A stretch of DNA of 64,000 nt from Eledone cirrhosa (lineage: Eukaryota): contig OZ024742.1 of the NCBI GenBank assembly GCA_964016885.1, forward strand, positions 303,118,001-303,182,000. Reading direction: 5' to 3'. The first letter of the stretch is position 1. Each line of letters begins with the position of its first letter. The position numbers were made by a program, and so were the translations under genes. The notes under the pieces were generated by a model that was given only the letters and a program-made list of their open reading frames with translations, was not told the DNA's origin and did no database searches. Below are positions 1 to 14,182 of this stretch, in pieces.

Positions 1-2139
1 GTGTTTACATTTTCGATCTTTGTTAATAAATAACCAGTGCAGTTTCTATCCCCAGCATCCTCTTTTGTTATAACATTCGGGTTATCGTTATGTTTTCTTA
101 ACTTCATAAGGCATATTGTTGGTTGAGGGAATATTAATCAAAAACACCACATGCAAGTCTGCACAGTAGACACTACAGTTTTTAAGCCAAGAAAGAAACT
201 TAACATTGTAACTTTAACACAGCTACTGAGCGACCCCGAGCAACGCCGGGCTTTACTGCTAGTATATATATAAAACTGTGGTTGTCTGTCTGTCTATCGA
301 TTTTTGGCACACATCTCTTCTTAGAATCTCTCACGGAATTGCACCGAAATTGCTATACTTGTACATTGAGACCTAGCGAAGACATCGGAAAAAAAATATT
401 TCAAATTGACCCACCCTATGTGACGAAATCGAATATAATGTATCGATTTTTGAGCGTAAGTTATCAGTTATTTCCCTTTGTTCTGTTTACATTGAGTGTC
501 TTACGTAAAAAATTACGCTGGCTTTCTCAGCGTTTAAAATGACATTAACACAATACACGAACAGTTGTCGAACCAGCAAAATATTGACCTGCAAAATTCA
601 TCAGTTCGAACACTAAGCTTCCGTTTTGCTTCATTTCCATTTAAAAGCATTTTAAAACAATATTTTTACTTGAAAACAAGTCTATTTAAAGACTACGTAA
701 AACAAGCAAATATTTCGTCGTTAGGCGTGCAGACAGACAGTCGTGCAGAGAGGTGATATACGCGTGCAGACAGATAGTCGTGCAGAGAGGTGATATAGGC
801 GTGCAGACAGACAGTCGTGCAGAGAGGTGATATAGGCGTGCAGACAGACAGTCGTGCAGAGAGGTGATATAGGCGTGCAGACAGACAGTCGTGCAGAGAG
901 GTGATATAGGCGTGCAGACAGACATAACTGATAATTTGGTTACGCTAATGTTTTTCTCTGCGTTGCAGTGTTTACATTTTCGATCTTTGTTAATAAATAA
1001 CCAGTGCAGTTTCTATCCCCAGCATCCTCTTTTGTTATAACATTCGGGTTATCGTTATGTTTTCTTAACTTCATAAGGCATATTGTTGGTTGAGGGAATA
1101 TTAATCAAAAACACCACATGCAAGTCTGCACAGTAGACACTACAGTTTTTAAGCCAAGAAAGAAACTTAACATTGTAACTTTAACACAGCTACTGAGCGA
1201 CCCCGAGCAACGCCGGGCTTTACTGCTAGTATATATATAAAACTGTGGTTGTCTGTCTGTCTATCGATTTTTGGCACACATCTCTTCTTAGAATCTCTCA
1301 CGGAATTGCACCGAAATTGCTATACTTGTACATTGAGACCTAGCGAAGACATCGGAAAAAAAATATTTCAAATTGACCCACCCTATGTGACGAAATCGAA
1401 TATAATGTATCGATTTTTGAGCGTAAGTTATCAGTTATTTCCCTTTGTTCTGTTTACATTGAGTGTCTTACGTAAAAAATTACGCTGGCTTTCTCAGCGT
1501 TTAAAATGACATTAACACAATACACGAACAGTTGTCGAACCAGCAAAATATTGACCTGCAAAATTCATCAGTTCGAACACTAAGCTTCCGTTTTGCTTCA
1601 TTTCCATTTAAAAGCATTTTAAAACAATATTTTTACTTGAAAACAAGTCTATTTAAAGACTACGTAAAACAAGCAAATATTTCGTAAAAAAAAGCAAAAA
1701 TTATATAAGTTTATTTAAAATATATGTATCTGTAAATTTCGTTAGGCGTGCAGACAGACAGTCGTGCAGAGAGGTGATATAGGCGTGCAGACAGACAGTC
1801 GTGCAGAGAGGTGATATAGGCGTGCAGACAGACATAACTGATAATTTGGTTACGCTAATGTTTTTCTCTGCGTTGCAGTGTTTACATTTTCGATCTTTGT
1901 TAATAAATAACCAGTGCAGTTTTTATCCCCAGCAACCTCTTTTGTTATAACATTCGGGTTATCGTTATGTTTTCTTAACTTCATAAGGCATATTGTTGGT
2001 TGAGGGAATATTAATCAAAAACACCACATGCAAGTCTGCACAGTAGACACTACAGTTTTTAAGCCAAAAAAGAAACTTAACATTGTAACTTTAACACAGC
2101 TACTAAGCGACCCCGAGCAACGCCGGGCTTTACTACTAG
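1..2139 (+). mobile_element. Head-to-tail tandem array of a non-autonomous Helitron (partial unit to 262, then units 263-1229 and 1230-2139)
   Basis: Near-identical units with periods of 967 and 910 bp. Each ends in the hairpin CCCGAGCAACGCCGGG, a short spacer, then CTAG (259-262, 1226-1229, 2136-2139) followed by T, which is the canonical Helitron 3' end. No Rep/helicase ORF. Confidence 0.85.
723..923 (+). repeat. 37-bp minisatellite inside the Helitron unit (~5.5 copies; ~2.5 copies at 1744-1833 in the next unit)
   Basis: GGCGTGCAGACAGACAGTCGTGCAGAGAGGTGATATA repeats with period 37. Confidence 0.95.
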
Positions 2140-2895
2140 TATATATATAAAATAAAATTAGAAACCTTCACCATATATTGACAACAGAAATTAGTATAAT
2201 ATTAGGACATACGAACCCCATAACCCAAAAATGATGTTAATGCCCGATTTGTTTTTCAGTTTTGGAAAATGCATGTGTGTGTGTGTGTGTGCGCGTGCGC
2301 GCGTGTGTGTTTGTTTGTGATGGAGTCTATTAAGCATACTTAGTTACAATGCAACATATGTCTCCTAGACCTTTGAAGGAAACACACAAGAAAATTTATA
2401 CATAGTTATGAAGCCTTAACAAAACAATGTTAAGCTACGAGGTGCAGATTTCAGTCATTGTGTCTACAAATGTAAATCGCTATTAGACGTTTGAATCATA
2501 AAATTGAAGGAAAATATGGCTGAATTAATATGGCACGATATAAATGGGACCGTCCACCTTCTCGATTGCATTGCATTTGAGACGTCAGTGAGTTCATCTC
2601 ACGCGGAATTTCAAGAAGTAATGTCAAGATCATGTTTGATAGCAATATTGAAAGGTAGATCTGAAACAGCTTTGGTTTTCAAGGAATGTTACAGAAATGT
2701 TCCTTACACATGTTGAATCGTTCGTGTAGAACTGTGACTTTTAGTTTCCACTTAATCACGTTCTACATATCAATAATATCAGTGATGGTTTACTATACCA
2801 GGTATGAGATTTGTTTGTTGCTGCATCTATTATCATTTCTGTTTTGAATTTAATATGTTTTTGTTGAGATCGTGAGTGTGGAGAAGGTCATGGTG

Positions 2896-2928
<33 letters not shown>

Positions 2929-3062
2929 TAAAATAATATATTAATGCAAGTAGAGGACCTAGTGTGAGCGGTGTGGCTTAGCTTGCTGTAGATCCTCTAC
3001 TATATACCAACACTGCATCTTACCATATATCGAGTTTCTTCCCGGTCCCAGTACCGTACACT

Positions 3063-3130
<68 letters not shown>

Positions 3131-3169
3131 GAGTGGGTGTGTGTGTGTGTATATTTATGCGTGTATGTA

Positions 3170-3256
<87 letters not shown>

Positions 3257-3262
<6 letters not shown>

Positions 3263-3720
3263 ATACTTTGGGAGGGTCATGTTGCCAATAAGAAATTCAC
3301 GCACCAGTTGTTCACTCCAATTTATTATAAATTAAATCTATAAATTTAAGAATTTATAAATTTCCGGTTGGTTGGTTGGTTCCATAACCGGACGGTTGTT
3401 CATATATTGTCAAAGTTCTTTCGTCACACATTCTGTGACCTCTTCAGTGACTGGGGATTCTCTTCTTTGTTTTTGTGTCTCTCCTTTGTTCTGTCCTACG
3501 CCATCTTGTTTTTGTGGCGTCCGGTTATGGAACCAACCAACCAACCGGAAATTTATAAATTCTTAAATTCATGAATTTAATTTATAATAAATTGGAGTGA
3601 AAGCGACTGGTGCGTGTGTTTCTTATTGACAACATGACCCTCCCAAAGCATAACAATATCGGTTTCAACACACGTTTTCAGATAAAGAATCTTGCTAATC
3701 AAATTCAGAAACGAAATATA
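3257..3720. mobile_element. Penelope-like fold-back element, family P1, in (TA)n
   Basis: Inverted arms ~3257-3394 and 3518-3659 with an HHR motif in the spacer. Same family as 25626-26213. TA tracts on both sides. Confidence 0.7.
3409..3451 (-). ncRNA. Minimal type I hammerhead motif (P1, degenerate)
   Basis: Minus strand: GUCA-CUGAAGA-G-GUCACA gaaug UGUGAC-GAAA-gaac-UU-UGAC. Confidence 0.6.
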
Positions 3721-3739
3721 TATATATAGTTATATATAT

Positions 3740-3995
3740 AAAGAGCCTATCTTTTGAAATTCTTTTCCACTTAATCAAATAATTTTCTTCCCTTCTTCCT
3801 ATTCTTTCTACCCCACCTCTACCACACATCTTCCCTCCTCTATCATACCCCTCTAATTCACTCCTAGATATCTTCTCCATATAATAGGGCCTCTACCACC
3901 ATCAAAATCTGCTATGAAATCTATAAGTATAAACAACTCTCTATGTCGCTTGGACGAATGAAACCGTTCTAGTCCTGTAGAAGCCATTTCTATAT
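3740..3995 (+). mobile_element. Remnant of PLE family P3 (pyrimidine-rich tract plus 3' half of an HHR)
   Basis: CGAATGAAACCGTTCTAGTCCTGTAGAAGC at ~3955-3984 matches the element at 16917-17030. Confidence 0.5.
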
Positions 3996-4000
3996 TAAAT

Positions 4001-4162
4001 AATTGTTTCTACTTTTGGCACAAGGCCAGCAATTACCCAGTGTATTACTGGTACTTTATTTTATCGACCCCGTAAGGATGAAAGACAAAGTTAACCTCGG
4101 CGGGATTTAAACTCAGACCGTAAAGGGACGTAACTCTATGCTTCAAAGCAAGGTGTCCGACT
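4001..4162 (-). mobile_element. tRNA-derived SINE, family S1
   Basis: Reverse complement of the 50113-50500 copies: B-box-like GAGTTTAAATCCC plus the TTTCATCCTTACGGGGTCGATAAAATAAAGTACCAG core. Confidence 0.85.
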
Positions 4163-5106
4163 AATGATATCTGTAAATATATATATATAATTTCAGCGAG
4201 ATCGTATCTCGGCGGTGGCCAAAACAAAACGAATCGTAATCTTCCAGATAAGCCGGTAAGCGCTCAATGGACTAAGAAGAAACCAGAGCAATTAACATGC
4301 GTTATAAAGACCAGGCAAAATGAAAACGATTGGTATTGATGCAGGTGAAACTCCAGAGTAAGAAAACTCACCACTTAGAAATAATAAAGAATATATATAT
4401 ATCTGTATATATATAAAGACCAAGTTTTCTGTGTGTAGACAATTTATAATGAGGTCTCATACATTCTACACCATTCATGCGATTTCTTTGAATTTTTTTA
4501 CAGAGCTTCTCCTTGCATAAAACCTGTACATGATCTACAAAAGCTTTCAAAAATCCATATTGGGGCCTTTGGAGACATTAAAAAATGTTCGGTTATTTGT
4601 GTAAATTTTCGTGATTAAGTAACACAAGAGTTATCTTTAAGTAAGATAAGAGTTATCTTTCGTAATTCGGCTCATTCGGATTTTAATTTACTCTTTGTAC
4701 TTGAAACAAAATGTACGCTTCCTTGAGACTAACAATACCATTTTGTATATTTCACAACCACCAATTTCTAACAGATTACTAAGTTAAGTTATAGATTTGA
4801 CATTGTATAATTTATCGTTTCAAGCTTGATGTTCATATATTAAGTGATGTCATAACTTTTACAATATTATGCTTTGTACATAATAGTGTCTATTATTCAC
4901 TTCACTTCTTTATTTCATGATGCGCTTTTACTGTTGTCAAAAAAGACACCGAGCTCACATATTAATTATTTCGCTGGAATAGTGCTTAAGGTTTCCATGT
5001 TTACATAAAGTACGTTTTTCTTCTATGTATTCAAATTTACATTGTTTAGTTTAATGAGCTACATCGAAAGCTACTTGAACGGTTCAAAAGACGGCTAGTT
5101 TACCTA

Positions 5107-5146
<40 letters not shown>

Positions 5147-5456
5147 CATATTTTATATGCCGATCTAAATGTCAATGAAAATACATATTAAGAGTTTCCG
5201 ACGAGACTGAAGAACAACATTGCACAGCTTCACATTAAATTATTTCACAGACAATAGTAATTTTTCTATCGAAATATTCTTACCGGTCTAAATCTTTACT
5301 TCCATTTGAACTTCCAGCTCTAAGCATCACCCCTCCAATTGGATCCTTATATCTGTGTCATAGTTAAGCAATATATATGATTACAGTTAGAGTAACTGTG
5401 CCATTGAGAGGTAAATATCTTTGACACTAAATGATGTATTCGAACACCAAATATCC

Positions 5457-5619
<163 letters not shown>

Positions 5620-7959
5620 AAACCTATATATACATACATATATCTATATATACACACACACCGTCAGTCATTATATATATATATAATATATATGTATATA
5701 TGTATTTATAATTTAGCATTCTAGATATGAGAGTGTGCGTAATTGTTTGTGTGTGCTTGCGTTCGTATGTGTATCAGTGTAGGCGGAGGTGTCCTCCTGT
5801 ATATCTCAGTGTTTCATATCAATTTCACGACATTATGAAGATGCATTGTAATATAGGAAAAATGTGGGAAAAACAAAAACGTTTTATAGAATCAATAGAG
5901 TGATGATAGATAGTATAAAGCTACTGGGAATATAGAGTAAATTTGGCGAAAGTATGCTCAGTCTTCGCGTATTATATTCTATGTATATTCTTTTCTAATC
6001 CTTTCACATCTGAGGGCTTTTTTATGTGGAAAATATAATATATTGATGGATGTTATTGTTTTTTGTTATGTCGATAATTTTATATCTCCTTTACTTTTTC
6101 TTTTCACTTTTTCAATTTTTTTTTTACCTAATTTAGGTCGTACGTTCCCCATTTCATGCTCAATGATTTTAATACAACATCAACTCTCCGTTAAATGGTG
6201 ATTTATCGAAATACTATATCAAATATATAAGCTTTACAGAGTGTGTATTTGTCATTCTCTGCCTGCTAATGTCGGTGTACATAGCTTGTATTATATACTC
6301 TTCTCCGCTATTATAAGTATTTCAAGTGTTAGTTCTTGTATGTAGACACCTTTATATATCTACGTTTTCCTTCTGTCATTAAATTCTTTCTGCTTTTCAC
6401 TCACTCACCGTTTCTCTCTCTCAAACACACAGACACATACATACACACAAAAATGAACACACACACACACACACATACACACACGTACACACATACGCAC
6501 ACACACACGCATACGCACTACACACACTCACACACATATATATATATATATATTTACATATGCATATATATTTATATTTAAATATATATATATATATATT
6601 AATACAATCGAAGCTGCTCTTACAAGAAATACTCATTAGCAAACATTCATCTGACCCTGTCATGGTGAAGACGTGTGTGACCATACAGCGTTCTTTGTTA
6701 CAAAGGGTCACATTGTTTCACTGATTTCAATATTTGTTCCAACTTCCATCAGACGGCAACAAGGCGTCTTCTTTCTTACATACAGCATTCTTGAGTTTAG
6801 GTCCCCCACCCTTACACCAGCATTGCCTGCATTTTTTTCTATATTGATTTTTTTCTCGTGTCCTTATATAGAGAGTCTTACACAATGTCGCATGATCTAC
6901 CATGATCAGGACTTACGAAACTACCAATGAAACCTCGAAGTGACTTGAACACCATGCATCAGACGTTCCACCTGTCTAACACAAATGGACAGTCTTGTAT
7001 ATCTACTTTACGAATCTCGCTTGGCTCCAGCTCTCAGTCCTACCGTAATTCCACGCTGAACGCCAGTGTCAATTCACCTGGCTCTCAACTTAATTGTGAT
7101 TGTCTTTGTATTAACATTTCACTCCGACTGAGAATCCGAATATTCAGATCTCCATAAGTTGTCATGCTTTCTCGGCGTTTGCTGTTTCGTACGAAATACC
7201 GCTCTCTACATATGGTAAGACGCGTTTTGAAGGTAGCTGGCCTCCGATCGCAGTTGGAAACGGCTGAGTTAGATCAAGTGGGCGTCAAAGGTTTGGACGG
7301 GAAACATCTGGATCGGAAAAGTCTAGAGGGCAAACATCTGTACTACATCACAGTCTTCCCTGTCCAAGATAGTAATACCCTTGTTTCGGATGTCGAGTTG
7401 TAGTGATACTTCCTTCAGAGGCAATATGGTGGAACCAACATCACAATCAGGTTCCGTTGCATTCCAGGCAGGGGATCGCAAGCCGACAAATTACCACCCA
7501 CTCTCTGATGGATTTCCCGTCAAACCAATAGCGACGTAAACATCTAGGGTACTGGATCTCCGAAGTCCTTTCCTACTGACTGTGATAGAAATAGAGATAA
7601 TCATCCACGAGAGAGAGACCCCTGAGTTAGACTTTCTCAGCGCATCTCTCTAATCATCCGGGGTGACACGTTCTTTATTATATCCGCCGCGAACCATGAA
7701 ATAACTATAAATTATATATAATTGTAAATATTAATAATTATCTTGTTAATTAATTTACAAGTAGAAAAAAAATAAAGCAACTGTCATTCTTTCATCTGCA
7801 ATATATGAGTGTGGATCCGTAACTGCTGATGCAATCATAGGTGTGCTGTAGTGATTATATACGGCGTTTCTGGAGTATTTAAAACACGGTGAAGCCCATC
7901 TCTTCTCCAGTTCTGAACATGGCCAAATTCTTCAAGAGAAAGTAATAGAGAGGAAGAAA

Positions 7960-8130
7960 TTTGGGAGATGAATTTATCCCAATAGTGGACTGCTACGTTT
8001 ATTGATTTTGAAATGATGAAAAGCAAAGGTGACATCGTCGGAATTTGAACTGAGCGCAGAATGCCAAAATACGAATACTGCAAAAATCTTTCTCTCCGAC
8101 GTTTTAACGACACTGCCATCTTTCCGCCTT
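7960..8130 (-). mobile_element. Old, diverged S1-type SINE
   Basis: GATGAAAAGCAAAGGTGACATCGTCGGAATTTGAACTGAG resembles the S1 reverse strand. Confidence 0.55.
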
Positions 8131-8183
8131 CCGTCAAACTGCATCTAATGTATAACTAAAAAGAAATGACTTTACATCATATC

Positions 8184-8307
<124 letters not shown>

Positions 8308-8810
8308 GGACACAATGATTTGTTTTGTAAGTTTCTCAAATTTCAGATAAATTTGTTCATGAACTATCGATATAGCAAAACAAATTATAATATTTAACAA
8401 AAATCATAGCTGTTAATTAATGGCGGGAAATTACCACAGAAATGCTGTTGAGTTATTTGAAATCAATAAATAATGACAAAACCCGTTAGTTCAATATATG
8501 TATATGTTTATACCGACTATTCTACTTGGATTTACGATCAGTAAATAGTATTAGAAATTGGAAAGACCAATCGAAACATTGTTTCCTCTGTCCAATTTGG
8601 CGAGTTCCACTCCACTCGTTAAGGGAATGAGGTCTGGTATTTTGTCGATCGATTGATATACTCCGACTTTCTTTTTAAAAAACTTACAAGATGAATGAAG
8701 TACAAGTTGGGGTATAGGGAACAACTAGTAATCATTTAAATATTTAGATGTGTTAGGATTGTCAGTGTGTTAAGAGGAATACAGAGACAGAATGTGTCTT
8801 TTATTAGAGA

Positions 8811-9502
8811 CTAGCTGAGGTACCCGGCTTCGCCCGGGTGAACAGTTAGGAGAAGACGGATAAAGGAGAAAACGACTGTATTGGATGTGCTGTCTGGTAT
8901 GAGGTAAGGCCGTAATGTGTGTGAGAGAGAGAGACATAAAAAAAAAACAATTATAAAACATCCTTATTAGGCAGGGGGAGTAAACTGCCGATTAAATGGT
9001 AGAATGAGACTTGGATTTTAAATGTGAAATAACCATAGTCAGTAAGATCTTTTTCAGCTCCAAATGACGTCATCTGAAACGCAATAATATACCGCATAAC
9101 ATTGCTTTTGAAGTGTTTAGCTTCGTTAGTACGGTCTGTAAGTAGTATATGGATAAAGGCTGGAGGGTAGATTAATTTCGAATAGTATCAATTTTTCTTT
9201 GTTCTATAAATTAAAGATTGTAAAGCGATTTTATATAAGCTAACGCTTTTTGTTAAACCTTCAACTGATACTTTGATCTATAGTTTTAGCCGATTCTAGA
9301 CTTTTGTAGGACATCATTTTCTCTCTCTGAATATCTAACACTTTAATTATATCTCTCTCTGTATAATGGCCTATCTCTCTCTTTCTGCCTCTCCCTCTCT
9401 GTGTCTCTCTCTTTAGATATGTGTGTATGTATTTTTGTTTGTATGTAGTTTTCGTGTGATTCAATCAACCAATAAACATCTCTCTTTTATATTTTACATA
9501 GA
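8811..9502 (-). mobile_element. Solo non-autonomous Helitron (~690 bp)
   Basis: Minus strand reads A|TCTATGTAAAATATAAAAGAG...CCCGGGCGAAGCCGGG-TACCTCAG-CTAG|T: 5' TC, 3' hairpin plus CTAG, inserted between A and T with no TSD. Confidence 0.8.
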
Positions 9503-9624
9503 TTATTTAGAAATTAGTATAAAATATTGTTATAATATGTTTACAGATAATTGTCAAATAGTGTTCGATACTATATGAGATTAAATATGTTATTGAAAAA
9601 AATAAAATAAAAATTCATGTTTAA

Positions 9625-9902
9625 AGGAGCGTAGTCTGGTGGTTAATGTGTTGAACGTACGATCAAGTGTTCGATGTTCTTGAAATAACACTTCATTTCA
9701 CGTTGCTCCAGTATATTCAGTTGAAAATGAGTACCAGCAGTAGCTGGGAGGTTAATCCTGCGAAGGACTGGCGTCCTGGCCAAGGGTGTTCGTATACTCC
9801 CAATCGCTTAACGCGAAGGGATCCGGTATAAGCAACGGCCTAATGAGCCTTCGAGCTTGAGACAGACTTTAGAGCTTGGGCTTGAGACAGACTTTAGAGC
9901 TT
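9625..9902 (+). mobile_element. tRNA-derived SINE, family S2 (diverged)
   Basis: GGAGCGTAGTCTGGTGGTTAA head. CACTTCATTTCACGTTGCTCC is shared with ~15185-15203. Duplicated tail GCTTGAGACAGACTTTAGAGCTT. Confidence 0.6.
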
Positions 9903-10729
9903 AAATATTTAAAAAGAATTTAAGATTAAGAATAATGCGTGAAGTGTTGTATAGATTTACATTTATTGCTAATGTGGTGGTAAACATACTCTGATTTGCA
10001 AAATAGGGTAGGAGACAAAGGAGAATAACAAAAAGAGAAGATAGCACGTGTTTTTAACTTAAATGTGAATGTAAACAGAATTTAGTATAGTGTTTATCTA
10101 ATATTCTCAAATTGTATTACGGGCAACCTAAGATTAAACATATACTTGTTTTTAGAAAATTTTGAAGGGGTCTACCTGGTTAAGAAAAATAAATTATGAC
10201 TTTAAATGATTATAACACCAAAATATATGTGCAGATGTAAATATTTAAATTTACTGGTAATATGGAAGGAAAAAGTATGAAAAACGGGCATAATATTAAA
10301 TGAATAATAAAAAAAAATCTTTTAAATTTAGGAGGCTTTATTGCGTTAAATAAACAAATGAATATGTGAATAAAATCAGTAGTAATTTAACGTGTAATAT
10401 TTATATTTAAGGAGATGTATATATTTAAATTTAGTTTAAATTGTTAGATTAAACTGGAGGATAAATGAGTGCAAGAAGCAAAGAAGGATTTACCGAGAGC
10501 AGTATAGTAGATGATCTAAATCCCGCATTTATCGTAAATGTCATCTGTTAGAAATCCGGATTTATAGGAAATGTCTTATGTGAGAGGTTAAATGAAATAG
10601 GAGATAAATTGAAACAATTTATCTGGACGTGAAATTAAAGGATAATTGTAAGGAACTAGATTATAAAATTTCATTGGTAGGGATTATATACTAGGAGAAC
10701 AATACGTTGAACGGTTCATAATACTGAAT

Positions 10730-10940
10730 TCTAATTTTGGAACAAGGTCAGCAATTTTGTTGGAAGGGAACATTGATTAAATCGATTCCATTACTTGACT
10801 AGTACTTTATTTTATTGATCCTTGAAAGGATGAAAGGCAAAGCTGGCCTTTATGTTTTGAACACAGAACGTAATGGGCCGTAACAATGTGGCAAAGCATT
10901 TTGTCCGATGTTCTAACGATTCTACAAATCCACCGTTATT
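10730..10940 (-). mobile_element. Old S1-type SINE
   Basis: TAGTACTTTATTTTATTGATCCTTGAAAGGATGAAAGGCAAAG matches the S1 core (reverse). Confidence 0.65.
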
Positions 10941-11270
10941 GAAACACACAATATTCTTATCTAGTATGGAAATTACTGAGGACTATATCTAACTGCATGA
11001 CCATCTATCATTCTCTCTCTCTCTCTCCCTCCCCCTCTCCTCACACCCCTTTCTCTTCTCTCTCTCTCCCCCTCTCCCCCCTCTCTTCTGTCTCCCCCTC
11101 TCTCTACCCCCCTCTCTCTATGTAAGCATATTCAAAGATACGTTTATATATCTTTGTAAGAAATTCATTTACACAAGTATATGTGTATGAAGACGGTGCC
11201 CCGGAAAAGGGGGAGAAAATACATGCATACATAGATACCTACATAGCTACATACATACATACATACATAC

Positions 11271-11853
11271 ATGGTGGCTTCCAACTCATTTTCGAGTACG
11301 GCCACTACTTTATATCCATGTATGAGAATCCCTTCCGATGCGCTGAACGAGTGTGACTTTTTAGTCCAGCCAGCGACTTGAAAACTCTGGTACAAACACT
11401 ACACTTGTGACAATTATTGACACATAGTGCTGGACCCATGGTACCATGTAACGACAAGTGCAGAGAGATCTCCAGATATAAAGCAATGCTTATGCCGTGA
11501 AGCTTTTATAGTGAGCAAAGGCCCTGCACAAAGCCAGTCCCACTCTCTTAACCAAGATGATATTTACCAAAAAAAAAGAACAAGTCAACATCATTGGATA
11601 CCATCAGGGTTGCAGGTGTTATATCAGAGTTTTTTCCTTCTCTTAGAATTCTGCCTTGTGATTTTGGATGGCCATTGACTCTTAAGAGCTCCTTTGCCCT
11701 TTGACAGGTGTTGATTTTAGTCCTGCAGGATGTCCAAAGTCACCCTCCTCACCAAGAAACCTTGGTGGGGTTGCCAGTTTAGTCGCCAACGACCCGACCA
11801 TGAAACAGGTTGTACTAGGATACATGTTACCAGTAGCACCAACTGGTGACCTG
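11271..11853 (-). mobile_element. Short non-autonomous retroelement (possibly RTE-derived) inserted in (TACA)n
   Basis: ~580 bp of higher-complexity sequence bounded on both sides by (TACA)n (11250-11270, 11855-11935), with a structured GC-richer end. The RTE assignment and strand are inference. Confidence 0.45.
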
Positions 11854-12949
11854 ACATACCTACATACATACGTACGTACATACATACATACATACATACA
11901 TACATACATACATACATACATACATACATACATACCTTTGGCAATAACTGTTTGACTAACTGGCAACCCAGCCATTAAATTCGCGTGTTAACTGGATTAG
12001 TATTCCACAAACATCTGTATCCAAAAAGGAATGGACCTTCCGATTACAAGTACAGTCCAGTCAAATGGATTTCATAGAATGTAATGCAACCAAATTTTAT
12101 TTAAAATTCCCCAGTCTACTCTGTGTTATGGTAAAGTCCACTTGTGAGATCTGCCAAAAATAGGGAATGTACACTGTAACTACAAATTGCTATAAACTTA
12201 CTATGAGAATAGATGGAGTGAAATAATATTTACCACACAAATTGGACAGGTAATAGATAGGGACATATTATTAACTAATTTTGTTTATCAAAATAAATAC
12301 ACGTGCACGTACATACTCACACACAATCCATCATACAAGTCATTATAGATAACAAAAAACGTTTGGAAGATAGGGTATCATCTAAGTTAATTTACTTATC
12401 ATCCCATACACACATATCCAAACACACACACACATACACACACACACATACACATAGACACACACATCGAAACACACATACATACACGCAAACATACAAG
12501 CCTGTGGCTATAAAACATCAGAAAGATTCGGAGAGATTAAAGCGGTAGGTGGGAGATTATTGGAATGTATTGAAGCGATGCCAAGTTTATCCTAAGGGAT
12601 TAATGCTATCTAGTAAGGAGAATCTTAAGAGATGTAACATAGTAATCCATTAACTAGCATTAGAAAAGTTGACTAGTGAAGCGGGTGTTGGCATGGGATA
12701 CACGCTACGATACCAACATCAAATTCAAATATCAAAACATCTAAAAGAAATAGGGTGCTTGGAGCTTATATGTGGAATATAATGAAGAGTTGATATTGTA
12801 CGGTATTCAGCTATATATTGTGTAAGGGATCGACTACATAAAGCGGACACCCCAAAGTAATAGGCTAATATGTCAGCTATAATATATTATTCTATGGCGT
12901 TGAGTACTTTTTTCCCTGTTCGTTTATAGCAACTGATATATACATAAAT

Positions 12950-12956
<7 letters not shown>

Positions 12957-13027
<71 letters not shown>

Positions 13028-13052
13028 ATATATATGTGTGTATATATATATG

Positions 13053-13144
<92 letters not shown>

Positions 13145-13170
13145 TATATTATAATATATATATATATACA
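12957..13170. repeat. Compound (TA)n/(TG)n microsatellite
   Basis: Direct inspection. Confidence 0.95.
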
Positions 13171-13443
13171 TGTACACACACACAGATTTATATATATATG
13201 TATATTCAGATTTATATATATATATATGTTGGTGGGGGGTGCATGTATGTATGGGCGGGGGCATGGAAAAAATCAGTTTGGTGCCCGAGCGTGCGGTTAG
13301 CCCACCGGAAGACAGAGACTCCCTAGTTCTTGTCAGGACATCATTACGAGAGAAGGGGAACTTTGATGTTAAACCTGTAACTCGATGGTAACCAATGATA
13401 TTGAGTTGTTCTTCTTTTTGGATATCTGTCACCGTTGTTTAGA

Positions 13444-13608
13444 TAATTGTTTCTACTTTTGACACAAGGCCAGCAATTACCCAGTGCATTACTGGTTCTT
13501 TATTTTATCGACCCCGTAAGGATGAAAGGCAAAGTTAACCTCGGCGGGATTTGAACTCAGATCATAAAGGGACGTAACTCTATGCTTTAAAGCATGGTGA
13601 CCGACACC
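13444..13608 (-). mobile_element. tRNA-derived SINE S1
   Basis: Highly similar to 4001-4162; B-box GAGTTCAAATCCC on the minus strand. Confidence 0.85.
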
Positions 13609-13948
13609 ATTGTTTAGATAATGAGACTGGTCCGGTGTAAGGCTTTTCTTTACTTAATAAGGCTTCATGCACAGGCATCACTTGATCTAAGCAACGTTTG
13701 TGTGTGTTGCCTGAACATGACCTTTTCTTTCTCCCTCCGCTGTAGCATATGCAGAAATGAATCTACGTCATTGTTGTACTAAAAGAGCATGTTCGTGTCT
13801 CTCATGTATGAGAAAAAGGTCAGCGAGTGGCAATTCTTGAAACTGAGATGCAACCATTATGTGTGTATGTGTGTATATATGTGTGTGGGCGCATGTAAAG
13901 AAAAGTACACTTTGTGCCTATTTAGTGTATATTTATATATATATTTTC

Positions 13949-14005
<57 letters not shown>

Positions 14006-14182
14006 ATATACGTTCCTTCACGCACAAGGCGCCAAGGTACGCATGTATTGTCCAACCAAATGCCAGTGTGGTTCAATGGCGGGTTAATAAATTAACGAGC
14101 CAGAACAAATATAAACAAGGTTTAGCAAATAATGAAAAAGTTTCAAAATAAATAAAAAAAATTGACTTTACCTACTATAGTT

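Noticed and set aside
282-542. Duplicated 86-aa ORF (also 1249-1509)
   Set aside because: It starts at TTG, has no recognisable motif, and is duplicated only because of the Helitron tandem.
723-923. 37-bp repeats resembling a CRISPR array
   Set aside because: The repeats are contiguous with no unique spacers, there are no cas genes, and the context is eukaryotic.
4235-4365. Possible hammerhead (CAGATAA...GAAA-CTCCAGAG-TA)
   Set aside because: The core and stems I and II are too degenerate to call.
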